The position numbers were made by a program, and so were the translations under genes. DNA of 64,000 bases, from contig CAWFFN010000005.1 of the NCBI GenBank assembly GCA_963815115.1, positions 480,001 through 544,000 of the forward strand. The letters are read 5' to 3'. This DNA comes from an uncultured delta proteobacterium (lineage in GTDB: Bacteria; Desulfobacterota; Binatia; DP-6). Below, piece by piece: positions 51,646-61,875 of this stretch. Position 1 is the first letter of the stretch. Every line of letters begins with the position of its first letter. The notes below the pieces were generated by a model. That model did no database searches, was not told where the DNA came from, and worked only from the letters and a program-made list of their open reading frames with translations.

Positions 51646-51725
51646 ATGGACAATCACGCCGACGTCGAGCAGGCGGTGCGCCGCCGCTACAGCGCGGGAG
51701 CCCGGGACCCGGAGAATGCGCTGAG
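51646..51725 (+). pseudogene. 5' stub of an ArsM-like methyltransferase
   Basis: MDNHADVEQAVRRRYSAGARDPENAL resembles the V..RY..A....LCCP start of arsenite-methyltransferase-like proteins and breaks off at the stop of the convergent gene. Confidence 0.45.
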
Positions 51726-54700
51726 TCAACTGGCGCAGCCCGTCGTGGCATCCTCCGGCTTCGGGTCGTCGCCGTCGAGGCAGCCGTCCTCGTCCCGGTC
51801 GATGCCCAGTCGGACGCCCGAACCGGGTGGCACGCACGTCCACGTGCGTTCCTGGCCCCTGAGCCCGGCCTGCGCGCGTAGCTCGCCGTCGGTCACCTCG
51901 GGCTCGGCCTTGCGATCGCTGCGCAGGCGTCCGTCGGGCAGACGCAGCCACCCGCGCGGCACCCCGTCCAGGATGCCGTGGATCACCACGTCGCAGGCGG
52001 GCACCGGCGACGCGGCGGCCGCCAGCAGGAGATCGATGCGTGGACCTGCGGCTGCGGTGTTCGTCGCTGCGAGGGTCACCTGCTGCCCGACGATCGGAGC
52101 CAGGTTCGAATCGAACGCCAAGACGAACGCCTCCACGTCGCGGGCCTGCTGGGACGACAGGCTGAACACGGTCGTGCTCAGGAAGCGCTCGACCGTATCG
52201 ATGCTGCCATCGTGCAGGAACCCGAAGCCGCGCACCTGCTCGCCCATGAAGGCGCCGTCGGCAGCGCGGATCGTCGGGACCGCCGGCATGCCGAACATCC
52301 CGACCTTCTGGTACGCGTTGCGCAGATGCGGGATCTTGAAGCTCTGCGGCTCGCGATCGAACGAGCTGTCGCCGTCCGTCCCGAAGAACCCTGCGGCGCG
52401 CTCGAGCACGTGACACCCGTTGCAGGTCCGCACGCCGTCGCTGATCAGGTCCTGGTAGACACGGCGACCGTTCGCCTGGGCCGGCGTCAGCGTGTCATCC
52501 AGGTTGCGAATGGGATTGGGCGGATAGGTGATCTGGAGCGCGAACTCGGCGAACGCGTGCATCTCCTCCGCGCTGAGCGGGACGCTTCTCCCCAGCAGAC
52601 TGACGAACGCTCCATTGAATTGCTCGAAAGCCGCGAGCTCGTCGTGCGGGGTCGGGCCGAAGCGGTCGCCGCGCCAGTGGAGCGGGCCGTGGTTCGCCAT
52701 GCCGCGCAGGCTCTGCGTGCTCATGGGTCCCTTCATGGGCCGGAACGCGGTGTCTCCACCCGGGTCGACGACCTCGAACGGGTTGGGATTCTGCACCACG
52801 ACACCGTCGGGATTCCCCAGGTTCCAGGCCAGCCCGTCGAGGTCGCCGAACACGTGGCAGGCCGCGCACGACGCCTCGCCGTTGTCCGAGGTCTCGACGG
52901 CGTCGTAGAGAAATCGTCGGCCGGTCACCACCGACGGCGGCTCGGGATCGGGGAGCAGACGATGCGCGATCTCGCGCCTGGCCGCCGTGTCGATCACGGA
53001 GACGGCATCGTCGAAGCGGGTGAGTACGTAGAGTCGGTCTCCCCGCAGCACCACCCCGCTCGGGCCGCCGCCGCTCAGCGCGACGTGATCCGCCGCATCC
53101 GGCGTGAAGGCGCCGTCCTCCAGCCGGGCGACGTCGATGCGAGCGACCGTGCCGGAACCGAATGCCGCTACCCAGAGCACGACGCCGTCGGTCGCCATGC
53201 CGAGCGGCGTCGCCAGGCTGCGGGCCTTGTCGGCGGGTGATGCGGGGACGTCGTACGGCTCGAGATGAGGATTCAGGTGACGGGGCGTGACCGCGTCGCC
53301 GTCGATCACGGTGACGCGCGCTTCGTGCAGATGTCCTCGCACCGTCGAGGAGGTGCAGGAAATGGATCGATCGCCCTCGAACTGCGTCAGATTGTTGGCC
53401 TCCGTGTTGCTCGCGTAGAGCCGTCCCGTCGTCGGATTCACCACGAGATCGAAGATGACGGTTCCGACGCCCGACCACGCGCGGCGCACGAACGGCGTGG
53501 CCGCCCTCGTGTCGATCGCGAACACATCCCGGTCCGGGAGCGTGAAACGCACGGCGTTCCGCCAATCACGTCCGACCGGGTCGAGCCACGCTCCGCTGGC
53601 GGAGTCGTACTGGACGATGAGACCGGTCTCCGGCTCGGTCGCGCCAAGACAGTCGGCGGGGCTCGGAGGGGGCAATCCGCCAGGCACGAGGGCGGCCCCC
53701 GCCAGACAGGGGCGCGCCTGGCTTCCGCCGTCGCAGACCACCCCCTCGTGCGCCGTCGTGGTCCGGTTTCCGGAGCGCAGCACGGCCGCATAGACCGTCT
53801 CGCCGCCCGGCGATACCGCAAGTGCGCGCGGCGTGTCCCCGAAGAGCTCGACGACGGCGGCCGGGGTGCCACCGATCGAGGCGTCGGCCGCGGTCGCGTC
53901 GAACACCTGCACCAGCGCGCGCGGGATTCCGGGAGTCGTGAGCGCCGGATCGATCGGCCGGCCGTCGGGAGCGATACAGTTCTGCCCCCGGCGCGCCGTG
54001 GTGACGAATGCCCGACCACCCGCGAAGACGATGTCCCGCGGCTCGTCGCAGGTGAGGATGGTACGCACCACGTGGGGCGTCCCGACGAGATCGACGACGC
54101 TGATGCTGTCCGAGACGTGGTTCACCACCCAGACCTCGCTGTCGGTGCGCGCGGCGACGGCCACCGGCTCGAGGCCGACCGGGACCGAGCCCTCGGGCTC
54201 GAGGTCGCCCGACTCGCTCACCGCGAACATCTCGAGGCGTCCGGCGGGCGTGTTCACGGCGAAGAGGCGCCTGCCATCGGGGGACAGCGCGAGTGGTCGG
54301 ACCTGCTCGCTCTCGAACGTCACGAATGACGTCCGGGGGCTCGTCTCCGGGCAGACCGCGCGTTCCCCGGGTCCCATTGCAAACCGGATCGCGCTGTTCA
54401 CGCGGATCGCCCCTCCTGCCGCGCCGCCGAAGCCGACGCAGTATGGATCTCCCGGCGGGAGCGTCACGAAGAGCCCGGCCGCGGTGCCGGGATCGGGTGG
54501 CCGGAGCGTGACCGCCGAGCCACCCATGCGCAGGTCGAGGCGCGTCACGTGTGGACCGCGCGTCAGGCGGAAGAATGCGACCGGGCCGAGCCCGTGCCGA
54601 GGGTCGCGATAGACGAACGACCCGTGTCCCGGGTCCGCCCGTCGCCGGTGCACCTGCCAGCCCGCTGACCCATTCACGCTGCGGAGCCCGGGCAACACAA

Positions 54701-54944
54701 AGGTCTGCCGGTCCGTGCTGCTGCCGCTGACGGCGACCGTGAGCGTCGCCCCGAGCCGGATCGGATCGCCCGACAGCACCAGGGTCGGAGTGCGATCCCG
54801 GGCGCGGAGATGAATTCTTGCGCGCCCTGGTACTCCCGCGCGGACCTCGAAGCCGACCACGAGCCCGCGGATCGGTTGCTCGGCGCCGCTGGCGGCCGCC
54901 GCCAGGAGGGCGACCGCCAGCGCCACGGTGCGAACGACGTGCAT
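51726..54944 (-). CDS. Large secreted YncE/YVTN beta-propeller plus di-haem cytochrome c (bCCP/MauG-superfamily-like) protein
   Basis: Signal peptide; propeller motifs VPVGLEPVAV and VVNHVSDSISVVD; haem motifs CAACH and CNGCH; KIPHLRN, GFLHDGS. Confidence 0.85.
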   Translation of the reverse strand: MHVVRTVALAVALLAAAASGAEQPIRGLVVGFEVRAGVPGRARIHLRARDRTPTLVLSGDPIRLGATLTVAVSGSSTDRQTFVLPGLRSVNGSAGWQVHRRRADPGHGSFVYRDPRHGLGPVAFFRLTRGPHVTRLDLRMGGSAVTLRPPDPGTAAGLFVTLPPGDPYCVGFGGAAGGAIRVNSAIRFAMGPGERAVCPETSPRTSFVTFESEQVRPLALSPDGRRLFAVNTPAGRLEMFAVSESGDLEPEGSVPVGLEPVAVAARTDSEVWVVNHVSDSISVVDLVGTPHVVRTILTCDEPRDIVFAGGRAFVTTARRGQNCIAPDGRPIDPALTTPGIPRALVQVFDATAADASIGGTPAAVVELFGDTPRALAVSPGGETVYAAVLRSGNRTTTAHEGVVCDGGSQARPCLAGAALVPGGLPPPSPADCLGATEPETGLIVQYDSASGAWLDPVGRDWRNAVRFTLPDRDVFAIDTRAATPFVRRAWSGVGTVIFDLVVNPTTGRLYASNTEANNLTQFEGDRSISCTSSTVRGHLHEARVTVIDGDAVTPRHLNPHLEPYDVPASPADKARSLATPLGMATDGVVLWVAAFGSGTVARIDVARLEDGAFTPDAADHVALSGGGPSGVVLRGDRLYVLTRFDDAVSVIDTAARREIAHRLLPDPEPPSVVTGRRFLYDAVETSDNGEASCAACHVFGDLDGLAWNLGNPDGVVVQNPNPFEVVDPGGDTAFRPMKGPMSTQSLRGMANHGPLHWRGDRFGPTPHDELAAFEQFNGAFVSLLGRSVPLSAEEMHAFAEFALQITYPPNPIRNLDDTLTPAQANGRRVYQDLISDGVRTCNGCHVLERAAGFFGTDGDSSFDREPQSFKIPHLRNAYQKVGMFGMPAVPTIRAADGAFMGEQVRGFGFLHDGSIDTVERFLSTTVFSLSSQQARDVEAFVLAFDSNLAPIVGQQVTLAATNTAAAGPRIDLLLAAAASPVPACDVVIHGILDGVPRGWLRLPDGRLRSDRKAEPEVTDGELRAQAGLRGQERTWTCVPPGSGVRLGIDRDEDGCLDGDDPKPEDATTGCAS

Positions 54945-54956
54945 CGACGATGCCGT

Positions 54957-56216
54957 TCACGGCGCGTACGCCGTGCACGAGATCCCGGTCGCCCCGGATG
55001 TGCCGACGGCCCGGGTATCGAGTCGCGCTCCCGTCGCCGTGTCGAAGACGTGAATCCTTTCGGGCGGACCATGGCCGGTCACGGTACCGGAGGGTCCTGG
55101 CGCGGTTGGCACGTAGCCGATCGGCGGCAGGCTGCTCTGGTCATCCGTCAGGACGAGCAGGCGGCCTCCATCGATCGCCGACATCCCTCGAATCGGCCCG
55201 CTGAAGTCCTCCAGCGTGACCGACGGCAGGGCGATTCCGGTGCGTGTGTCGACCACGCAGATCTGCGGCTCCGGCGTGCAGGCGTCATCCGAGGGTCGGC
55301 ATCCCGCGGCGTACAGCACTCCGTCGAACGCTGCCAGGTGGTTGAAGGCGACGCCGGCGCAGGGAGAGTCTGCCGGGAGCGTCGCCGGATCGAACACGAC
55401 GCGGGACGACCTGGCAGGAATGTTCTCCGGGACATCATAGGCCCGGATCGGTATCAGATCGGGCCGACCGGTCCCCTCGGTCGCGACGTGGGGGAACCGG
55501 AGGGTGTGAGGGACCGTGTCGAAGTTTGCGGCCGGGAGCACGTAGAGGCTCTGGCCATCGGTCGTCACAGCGGTGCACGGTCCCGCGACGATCCGCGAGT
55601 CTCCGCCTTCTGCGGGCGTTGCGACGAAGGCGCCCCCCGTGCTGCCGCCCGGACAGGAGTAGGCCACGCCGTTCCAGACCGCGAGATTCTCGCTCACCAG
55701 CTCGGGCTTCTGCTGGTCCGCGTCGTCGGGGCACACGGCGCCGCTGTCGAGCCCGAGGACACGGATGCGCGAGCCGCCGCCGACGAAGCAGGAGACCGAT
55801 TCGGCCTCGACCGCCTCGCAACCCGCCAGCGCGACGCGCGCCTTGCACCGCAGCGCGAGTCGAGCATGGCCCGCTGCGCCCGCCGCCCCGCGGACCCGCG
55901 CTCGCAGCACGCGCCGGTGCGCGTGAGGCTTCAGAGTCAGTCGCTCCCAGGCTTCACCCCATCCGGCGGCCGCTCGCCCCGAAGGCATACCGCGAACGAC
56001 CCTCCGCCCGGCGGTGCAACGGTCCGGATCGGCGACCCGCAGGCGCACGTCGAAGGTGCAGCCGGGGCCCTCCGCCGTCCTGGTTGCGCGAGTGACCGCG
56101 AGGGGCGCGCCATCGGCGCCGGCCACCTCGAAACGACACTGACAGGCGCTGCCGCCTTCGGCGCGCGGTGCGATCACCGCCATCCCGAGAACGATTCCCC
56201 AAGCCAGTGCGCGCAT
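54957..56216 (-). CDS. Secreted Cys-rich hypothetical protein, possible beta-propeller
   Basis: GGAGG RBS, signal peptide, paired Cys residues; ends 12 bp before the cytochrome gene start. Confidence 0.7.
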   Translation of the reverse strand: MRALAWGIVLGMAVIAPRAEGGSACQCRFEVAGADGAPLAVTRATRTAEGPGCTFDVRLRVADPDRCTAGRRVVRGMPSGRAAAGWGEAWERLTLKPHAHRRVLRARVRGAAGAAGHARLALRCKARVALAGCEAVEAESVSCFVGGGSRIRVLGLDSGAVCPDDADQQKPELVSENLAVWNGVAYSCPGGSTGGAFVATPAEGGDSRIVAGPCTAVTTDGQSLYVLPAANFDTVPHTLRFPHVATEGTGRPDLIPIRAYDVPENIPARSSRVVFDPATLPADSPCAGVAFNHLAAFDGVLYAAGCRPSDDACTPEPQICVVDTRTGIALPSVTLEDFSGPIRGMSAIDGGRLLVLTDDQSSLPPIGYVPTAPGPSGTVTGHGPPERIHVFDTATGARLDTRAVGTSGATGISCTAYAP

Positions 56217-56510
56217 GGTCCACCTCCGATGGGTTGGTAGCTTGCCTCGTCACCATTCCCCTAGAGGGTGGCCCGACGTCCGCACAGCGGCGCGCGTGCC
56301 GAATGGAACTCACCGTGACCCGGAGAGCGTGCCGAACGTCACGCGCGCCGCGCGATTCCCCCGAGCGGGGGATACGCGAAGCCCGGCTGCACCGACGGTG
56401 CCGGCTGGCTCGGGGCCGAAAGGCCGATTCCAGGTGATTCGGCCTCCGGAAGGCGTCGTTCGCCGACACCTCTCGGAAGCCCGGACCTCGGGGTGCAGGA
56501 TCGCGCCAGC

Positions 56511-57539
56511 CTAGAGCACGGTCTCGGCCAGGAAGCGCAGCGTCTCCGCCTTCGGCGTCGCGCAGTTGAGCGTACCCACGGGCGACTCGCGCCACGCCGC
56601 CAGGCGATCGCGGATGCGCTCCTTCGGACCGACCAGCGAGACCTCGTCGGCCAGCTCGTCGGGCACCGCGGCCATCGCCTCGTCCTTGCGTCCCGCCAGA
56701 TAGAGGTCCTGGATCTTCCTGGCGGCTTCCTCGAAGCCGTAGCGGCACGCGAGGTCGTTGTAGAAGTTCTTGCCGCGGGCGCCCATGCCGCCGATGTAGA
56801 GCGCGAGCTGCGGCTTCATCATGCGGAGTGCGGCCGGCACGTCGTCGGTCACGATGACGGACGCCGAGACCGCGATGTCGAAGCTGGCCAGGCTCTTCCC
56901 GCCCCCCGCCCGGCGGAAGCCCTCGTCGAGCGACGCCTGGTACGTCTTCGGGGCGCGGTAGGGCGAGTAGAAGATCGGCAGCCAGCCGTCGGCGATCTCG
57001 GCGCACTGCGCGACGCTCTTCGGGCCGATGGCCGCCAGGTAGATCGGGATCTGCCGGCCGTGCACGATGCTCTTGAGGGGCTTGCCGAGGCCCGAGGCGT
57101 CGGGGCCGCGATAGGGAATCTGGTAGTGCGGGCCCTGGTGCTCGAGCGGCCGCTCCCGCGCCCAGATGGCGCGCAGGATCTCGACGTACTCGCGCGTGCG
57201 GCCGAGCGGCTTGCCGTACGGCACCCCGTGCCATCCCTCGACGACCTGGGGTCCGGACACGCCGAGCCCGAGGAGCATGCGGCCGCCGGAGAGCTGATCG
57301 AGCGTGGTGGCCGTCATCGCCGTCATAGCGGGCGTGCGCGCCGGCATCTGCATGATGCCGGAACCGAGGTGAATGCGCTCGGTCTGGCCGGCGATGAACG
57401 CGAGCGGGGTGACCGCGTCCGAGCCGTACGCCTCGGCGGTCCACACCACGTGAAACCCGAGGCGGTCGGCCTCGCGGATGAGCGCCATGTCGAGCGAGAC
57501 GCGGGAGCCCGAATAGCCGACGGGAAGGCCGAGTCGCAT
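56511..57539 (-). CDS. LLM-class, probably F420-dependent oxidoreductase (paralogue of 22714..23712)
   Basis: [30 protein letters not shown]. Confidence 0.9.
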   Translation of the reverse strand: MRLGLPVGYSGSRVSLDMALIREADRLGFHVVWTAEAYGSDAVTPLAFIAGQTERIHLGSGIMQMPARTPAMTAMTATTLDQLSGGRMLLGLGVSGPQVVEGWHGVPYGKPLGRTREYVEILRAIWARERPLEHQGPHYQIPYRGPDASGLGKPLKSIVHGRQIPIYLAAIGPKSVAQCAEIADGWLPIFYSPYRAPKTYQASLDEGFRRAGGGKSLASFDIAVSASVIVTDDVPAALRMMKPQLALYIGGMGARGKNFYNDLACRYGFEEAARKIQDLYLAGRKDEAMAAVPDELADEVSLVGPKERIRDRLAAWRESPVGTLNCATPKAETLRFLAETVL

Positions 57540-57548
57540 CGCGGTCGT

Positions 57549-58475
57549 CTACGTTTGCGCTCCGCCGTCTGTCAACCACGGCGGGATGCCGGTCTTGTCC
57601 TCGACGACGTCGTGGAAGCGCGACAGGTCGACCCGCCGCCGGCCGTCGGGCAGGCGGGAGATGACGTCGGCGAAGCGTCCGCCCCAGGTGATCTCGTCGG
57701 GAATGTACGAGTAGCGAGCGTGCACCGTCTGGGACAGGCTCTCGTCGATCCCGACGAGGGAGGCGATGACCTCCGCTTCGCTGGAGCCGAGCGATTCCGG
57801 CGTCGCGCCGTAGAGCGGGCTCGAGTCGTTGATGAAGTGGATCGCCGTCCAGGTGAGGGCGAAGATCGGGTTGCGCTGGCGCGAGAGCTCGAGATCGTAG
57901 AAGCGCCGCACCCCTTCGCCCTCGAGGGTCGTCTCCGAGCGAGCCAGCAGGACGGTCGCCTGCGCGTCGACGATCTGGGTGGCGCGGGCATTGGCCATCC
58001 GGAACAGCAGGCAGGGCATCCCGTCCCGCCTGGTGATGAGGGCGCGCTGGCTGAAGAGCACGCGCGCGGTGGGCCGGGAGAACTTCGAGAAGATGATGCC
58101 CGTGATCATGGCGAGACCGAGGATGCCGGTGCTGGTCTCGAGGACGACGAGGACGTTCGCGTACCGCGTGTGCGGGACGAGCGTTCCGTAGCCGATGGTG
58201 GCCATGGTCTGGACGCTGAAGAAGAAGGCGTCCTCGAAGGAGCCGGTGCGGGCGTGTCTGATGCTGTGAGGCTGGAGCAGGTAGGCGCAGGCGAAGAGCC
58301 CGTTCGCGACGAGGTAGAGGCCGAAGAGGATCAGGAGGAGCCGCGGCCACGAGCTCTCGACCAGATAGTGATACGCATCGCGCTGGATCCGGCCGTATCC
58401 TTCGCGCACGATGCTCTCCTCGCCGACGCGGCTGACGATGCGGCTGGCGAGGGCCGGTTCGGGCGTGGCACTCAC
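57549..58475 (-). CDS. Prokaryotic inward-rectifier potassium channel (KirBac)
   Basis: AFFFSVQTMATIGYG filter, KFSRP..RVLFS, FRMANAR, WTAIH, DLSRFHD. Confidence 0.93.
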   Translation of the reverse strand: MSATPEPALASRIVSRVGEESIVREGYGRIQRDAYHYLVESSWPRLLLILFGLYLVANGLFACAYLLQPHSIRHARTGSFEDAFFFSVQTMATIGYGTLVPHTRYANVLVVLETSTGILGLAMITGIIFSKFSRPTARVLFSQRALITRRDGMPCLLFRMANARATQIVDAQATVLLARSETTLEGEGVRRFYDLELSRQRNPIFALTWTAIHFINDSSPLYGATPESLGSSEAEVIASLVGIDESLSQTVHARYSYIPDEITWGGRFADVISRLPDGRRRVDLSRFHDVVEDKTGIPPWLTDGGAQT

Positions 58476-59569
58476 GGCGCGGGATCGAGGATCGAGGTGA
58501 AGCCCGACGGTGCATGGGGCCCGATCACGAGCTGCTCGAGCACGCCGAGCCCCTCCTCGGCGCCCAGGCGCGCGCGGCAGAGCTGCTGGACGTGCAGGTG
58601 GCGCGGATCCATGGGATCGAGATCGGCGAGGGTCCACGTGACGCCGTCGACCACCTCGGATCCCTTCCACTGGCCATGGCCCCACTCGGGATCGAGATAG
58701 CCGAGGCCGCGCATCTGGAAGGTGAGGATGGGCTCGAGCGCGACGACCAAGGGGGATCGGCCATGCGGGGTGAGCGTGATCTCCGCGGCGCTCGCGCGCC
58801 GGGTGCCCGGTCGCCAGCGCACGCGGTGGTCGACCGCCGCCATCGCCTCCGGGGCGCGCTCGTCGAGGCGGCCCGCGGGGGCGACGCTGCCGCTGGCGTG
58901 CCACCGCCGCCCCTCGGCGTCCTCGTTGACGGCGAAGTGCGTGCAGCGGTCGTCGAGGTGGATCGGCGCCCACAGCCAGAAGAACTGGGGCGGCATCCCG
59001 GGCGCGCCGCCCTCGGGCTCCCCGACGGGGCGCACGCCCCACGAGCGGTCACGCGTTCCGGGCGTGCGGTCGGGGGAGACCGAGATCTCCCGGTCGCCGA
59101 CGCGGATGTACCCCTCCCAGAAGCCGAACTGGGTGAGGCGGGTGACGTCCATGAGCAGTCGCCCCTCGGGCCGGTAGGTGAAGCGCGGCTCCTCGATCGC
59201 TCCGGTGCGGGCGTAGAAGGCGAGGTCGGCCGAGAGCCCGAAGTCGTTGTCGCTCACCCGGAGATGGAGCGCGCGCAGCGGCTCGAGCACCTCGACGAAG
59301 ATGGGCCCGACGCGTGTTTCGCGGCGATCCGCCGGCGCCAGGCGCGACGCCCGCACGACGTGCTGCTGGCCGTCGCATACCACGCTGAAGGCCGCGTCCA
59401 TCACGCGGCGGTTCGGGTAGACGCCGAGCGCGGCAGCGAAGAAGAGATCGCCCGCGCGGGAGTAGCCGTTGAAGAAGTAGCGGTCGTAGAAGTTGCGATC
59501 GCCGGTGCCCGGGTGGGCGACCGGCTCGGGGGTCTGGTGGACCGGGTAGTCGTCGTAGCTGGTCAGCAT
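58472..59569 (-). CDS. Conserved hypothetical protein (DDYPVHQ family, beta-rich)
   Basis: DDYPVHQTPEP, NFYDRYFFNG, GVYPN, RDRSWGVRPVG, LEQLVIGPH; adjacent to an APH-family gene. Confidence 0.8.
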   Translation of the reverse strand: MLTSYDDYPVHQTPEPVAHPGTGDRNFYDRYFFNGYSRAGDLFFAAALGVYPNRRVMDAAFSVVCDGQQHVVRASRLAPADRRETRVGPIFVEVLEPLRALHLRVSDNDFGLSADLAFYARTGAIEEPRFTYRPEGRLLMDVTRLTQFGFWEGYIRVGDREISVSPDRTPGTRDRSWGVRPVGEPEGGAPGMPPQFFWLWAPIHLDDRCTHFAVNEDAEGRRWHASGSVAPAGRLDERAPEAMAAVDHRVRWRPGTRRASAAEITLTPHGRSPLVVALEPILTFQMRGLGYLDPEWGHGQWKGSEVVDGVTWTLADLDPMDPRHLHVQQLCRARLGAEEGLGVLEQLVIGPHAPSGFTSILDPAP

Positions 59570-59571
59570 GG

Positions 59572-60033
59572 TCAGCCCTTCGATATCTCCTCGAGCAGCG
59601 ACGGCTTCAGCACCGCGACGTCACGCATGGCCTGCGCGGCGAGGTGCTCGCCGAGCGCGGCACGGGCCGGCGCGGCCTCGTCGTCCGGCAGATGCGCGAG
59701 CATCTCGTACGCGCGCGTCACGATCGCCCGCAGCACGGCGGCCCGGGCACCCGCGGGAGCGGCCGGCGCTTCCGCGACCGCGCGGATCAGCTCGGTGCGA
59801 TACCGGGCGGGAAGCGCCTGGGCGGCCCGTTCGAGCGCGGCGGCCGCCGAGGCCGCCTCGGCCTCCGCCAGCTCGGCCTTCGGCTCCACCCGGTCGCGCA
59901 GGTTCTGGAGGACGTCGAGGACGGCGAACAGCTGGCCGCGTGCGAAGCGCCCGCCGACTCCGGGCAGCACCGCCTCGCGCAGGGTTCGCATCACGCCGTC
60001 GAGCAGCGTCTCGACCGTGAGCTGCATGCTCAC
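59572..60033 (-). CDS. Hypothetical helical protein
   Basis: ORF translationally coupled to the APH-family gene; LREAVLP...ARGQL..VLDVL. Confidence 0.7.
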   Translation of the reverse strand: MSMQLTVETLLDGVMRTLREAVLPGVGGRFARGQLFAVLDVLQNLRDRVEPKAELAEAEAASAAAALERAAQALPARYRTELIRAVAEAPAAPAGARAAVLRAIVTRAYEMLAHLPDDEAAPARAALGEHLAAQAMRDVAVLKPSLLEEISKG

Positions 60034-61082
60034 GCGCCGCCCAGCCAGCCGCGGACCATGCCGAGCAGCAGGTAGAGGTAGGGTAGCTGGTGGTCGAAGA
60101 TCGCCATGCGCAGGTCGGTCGAGCGGCCGTCACGGAAGGCGCGCAAGCCCGTCAGCATGATGGCGAGCATCTTGACGATGGCGAGGACGCGATAGAAGTG
60201 CAGGCGCTCGGGGTCGGGAGCACGGCCCGTCGCCCGGGCCCAGCGCTCGACGAAGTCCTCCGGGAGCAGCACCCCCGAGGCGAACGGGCTCCCTCCGCGC
60301 CAGAGCTCGGACGTGCACCAGGCGACGTCCTCGAGGGGATCGCCGAGATGGACCAGCTCCCAGTCGAGGATGCCGCTCAGGCGTGCCTCGCCCGCCTCCC
60401 GGGCGACGAGGAAGTTCCCCAGGCGGTAGTCGCCGTGCACCAGGGTGATCTCCGCGGCCTCGGGGAGGTGTGCGCGCAGCCAGACGAGGGCCTCGGCGAG
60501 CGGCGGCTCCAGGGGCAGGCCGCTGCGCCGGATCCGGTCCTCCCAGCGCTCGAGCTCCCGGGCCGCCGCGGCGCGACCGGGTCCGGGATCGCCGAGAAAT
60601 CCCAGTCCGAGCCCGCGCCAGTCGACGGCGTGCAGGCGCGCGAGCGCACCGACCACGTCCGGGCCGAGGCTGGCACGCTCGTCCTCGGTGAAGGGCCCGC
60701 AGCCCTCGGGTCCGGCCACCGGAATCGGGACGTCTCCCGGGAGACGGTCCATGACGTAGAAGGAACGCTCCAGCACCGCCGGGTCGCGCTCGAGCCACGG
60801 GGTCGGCGGCGAGGGGAGCGGGTGCGACGACAGGGCGTGCAGGACGCGGAACTCCGGCTCGAGGTCGTACGGCTCGAGCAGGCCGGCGAGCGGCTCTCGC
60901 TTGAGCACGAAGGCGCGTCGCTCCACACCTCCCGTGCCCGTCACGTCGGCATCGAAGGTGAAGGTCTCCTGCGAGAAGCCTTCGGTGCTGCGTTCGAGCG
61001 CGGTCACGCGCACGTCGAGCGCATCGGCAAGGCGCCCGCGCAGGAACTGCTCGAGGCGCTCGCGCAAGCTCGCATCGTCCAT
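60030..61082 (-). CDS. APH-family phosphotransferase (ACAD10/11 N-terminal-like)
   Basis: GFSQET, FYVMD, LVHGDYRLGNF, ILDWELVHLGDPLED. Confidence 0.92.
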   Translation of the reverse strand: MDDASLRERLEQFLRGRLADALDVRVTALERSTEGFSQETFTFDADVTGTGGVERRAFVLKREPLAGLLEPYDLEPEFRVLHALSSHPLPSPPTPWLERDPAVLERSFYVMDRLPGDVPIPVAGPEGCGPFTEDERASLGPDVVGALARLHAVDWRGLGLGFLGDPGPGRAAAARELERWEDRIRRSGLPLEPPLAEALVWLRAHLPEAAEITLVHGDYRLGNFLVAREAGEARLSGILDWELVHLGDPLEDVAWCTSELWRGGSPFASGVLLPEDFVERWARATGRAPDPERLHFYRVLAIVKMLAIMLTGLRAFRDGRSTDLRMAIFDHQLPYLYLLLGMVRGWLGGA

Positions 61083-61133
61083 CGCCGTCGGGGCGAAGGA
61101 TCGCACGCCCCGCCGGCGTCGCTCAAGCGAGCG

Positions 61134-61703
61134 TCAGGCGGCCGGTCGTGTGCCGGCGAGGTGCGCCAGCGGCTCGGGCTCGACGTGCACGGGCACGCCG
61201 CGCTCGATGAGGCGCCCGAACAGCGCACGTACGCGCGTGATCGCGCCGGCGGCCACGCGCCCGCGCAGCCTGATCTCGAGATATGCCCCCGGTCCCGCGT
61301 GCAGCGCCTCTTCGGTCACGGTCTCGGCCGCGTACGGCGTGAGCAGGAGCGCCCGCTGCACCATCCCGCGGGTGGCGCCCTCCGCGGGCACGACGCGCGC
61401 GAGCACCGCCGGTGCAGCGAGCGGCTCCGGCCGGCGACTCTCGGCGACCAGCGATGCGACCATGGCGACGAGGTCACCGTAGGACCGGACCTCCTCGAGC
61501 CGGCGCTCGGACACGCTGATGCCCACGTCCGCCTCGATCGCCATCGCGACCTCGAGGAGATCGAGCGAATCGACGGCGAGCTCGTCGGCGAGAGACGCCT
61601 CGGGGATCAGCTCCTCGATCGTCACACCGAGGCACTCGGCCACGAGGCGGCGTATGCGGGGCTCGATGGCGGTGGTCGCGCCGTGCTCCACGACGAGGGT
61701 CAT
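61134..61703 (-). CDS. Acyl-carrier-protein domain fused to an unknown C-terminal domain
   Basis: IRRLVAECLGV...ASLADELAVDSLDLLEV carries the phosphopantetheine Ser motif; ~100-aa extension with LTPYAAETV. Confidence 0.8.
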   Translation of the reverse strand: MTLVVEHGATTAIEPRIRRLVAECLGVTIEELIPEASLADELAVDSLDLLEVAMAIEADVGISVSERRLEEVRSYGDLVAMVASLVAESRRPEPLAAPAVLARVVPAEGATRGMVQRALLLTPYAAETVTEEALHAGPGAYLEIRLRGRVAAGAITRVRALFGRLIERGVPVHVEPEPLAHLAGTRPAA

Positions 61704-61875
61704 GCGAGTGAGGCCAGCAAGGAGAGTGCCGGAGGGTCCGCCTTCAGGGCGCGGCACCGCGAGCCGCCGGCTCGCCGCTCTGCCTGCGCCGCGACCATCG
61801 TCGTGCCCGCAGGACGAGCAGGGCGGAGGTGCAACCGGGTCCAGTGCGCCGATGCTCGCGGGGGCTCGTCCGGGA

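Noticed and set aside
56294-56336. Direct repeat GCGTGCCGAA (33-bp spacing) upstream of the secreted two-gene block
   Set aside because: Short and GC-rich, so plausible by chance; it does not fit a sigma-54 consensus well.
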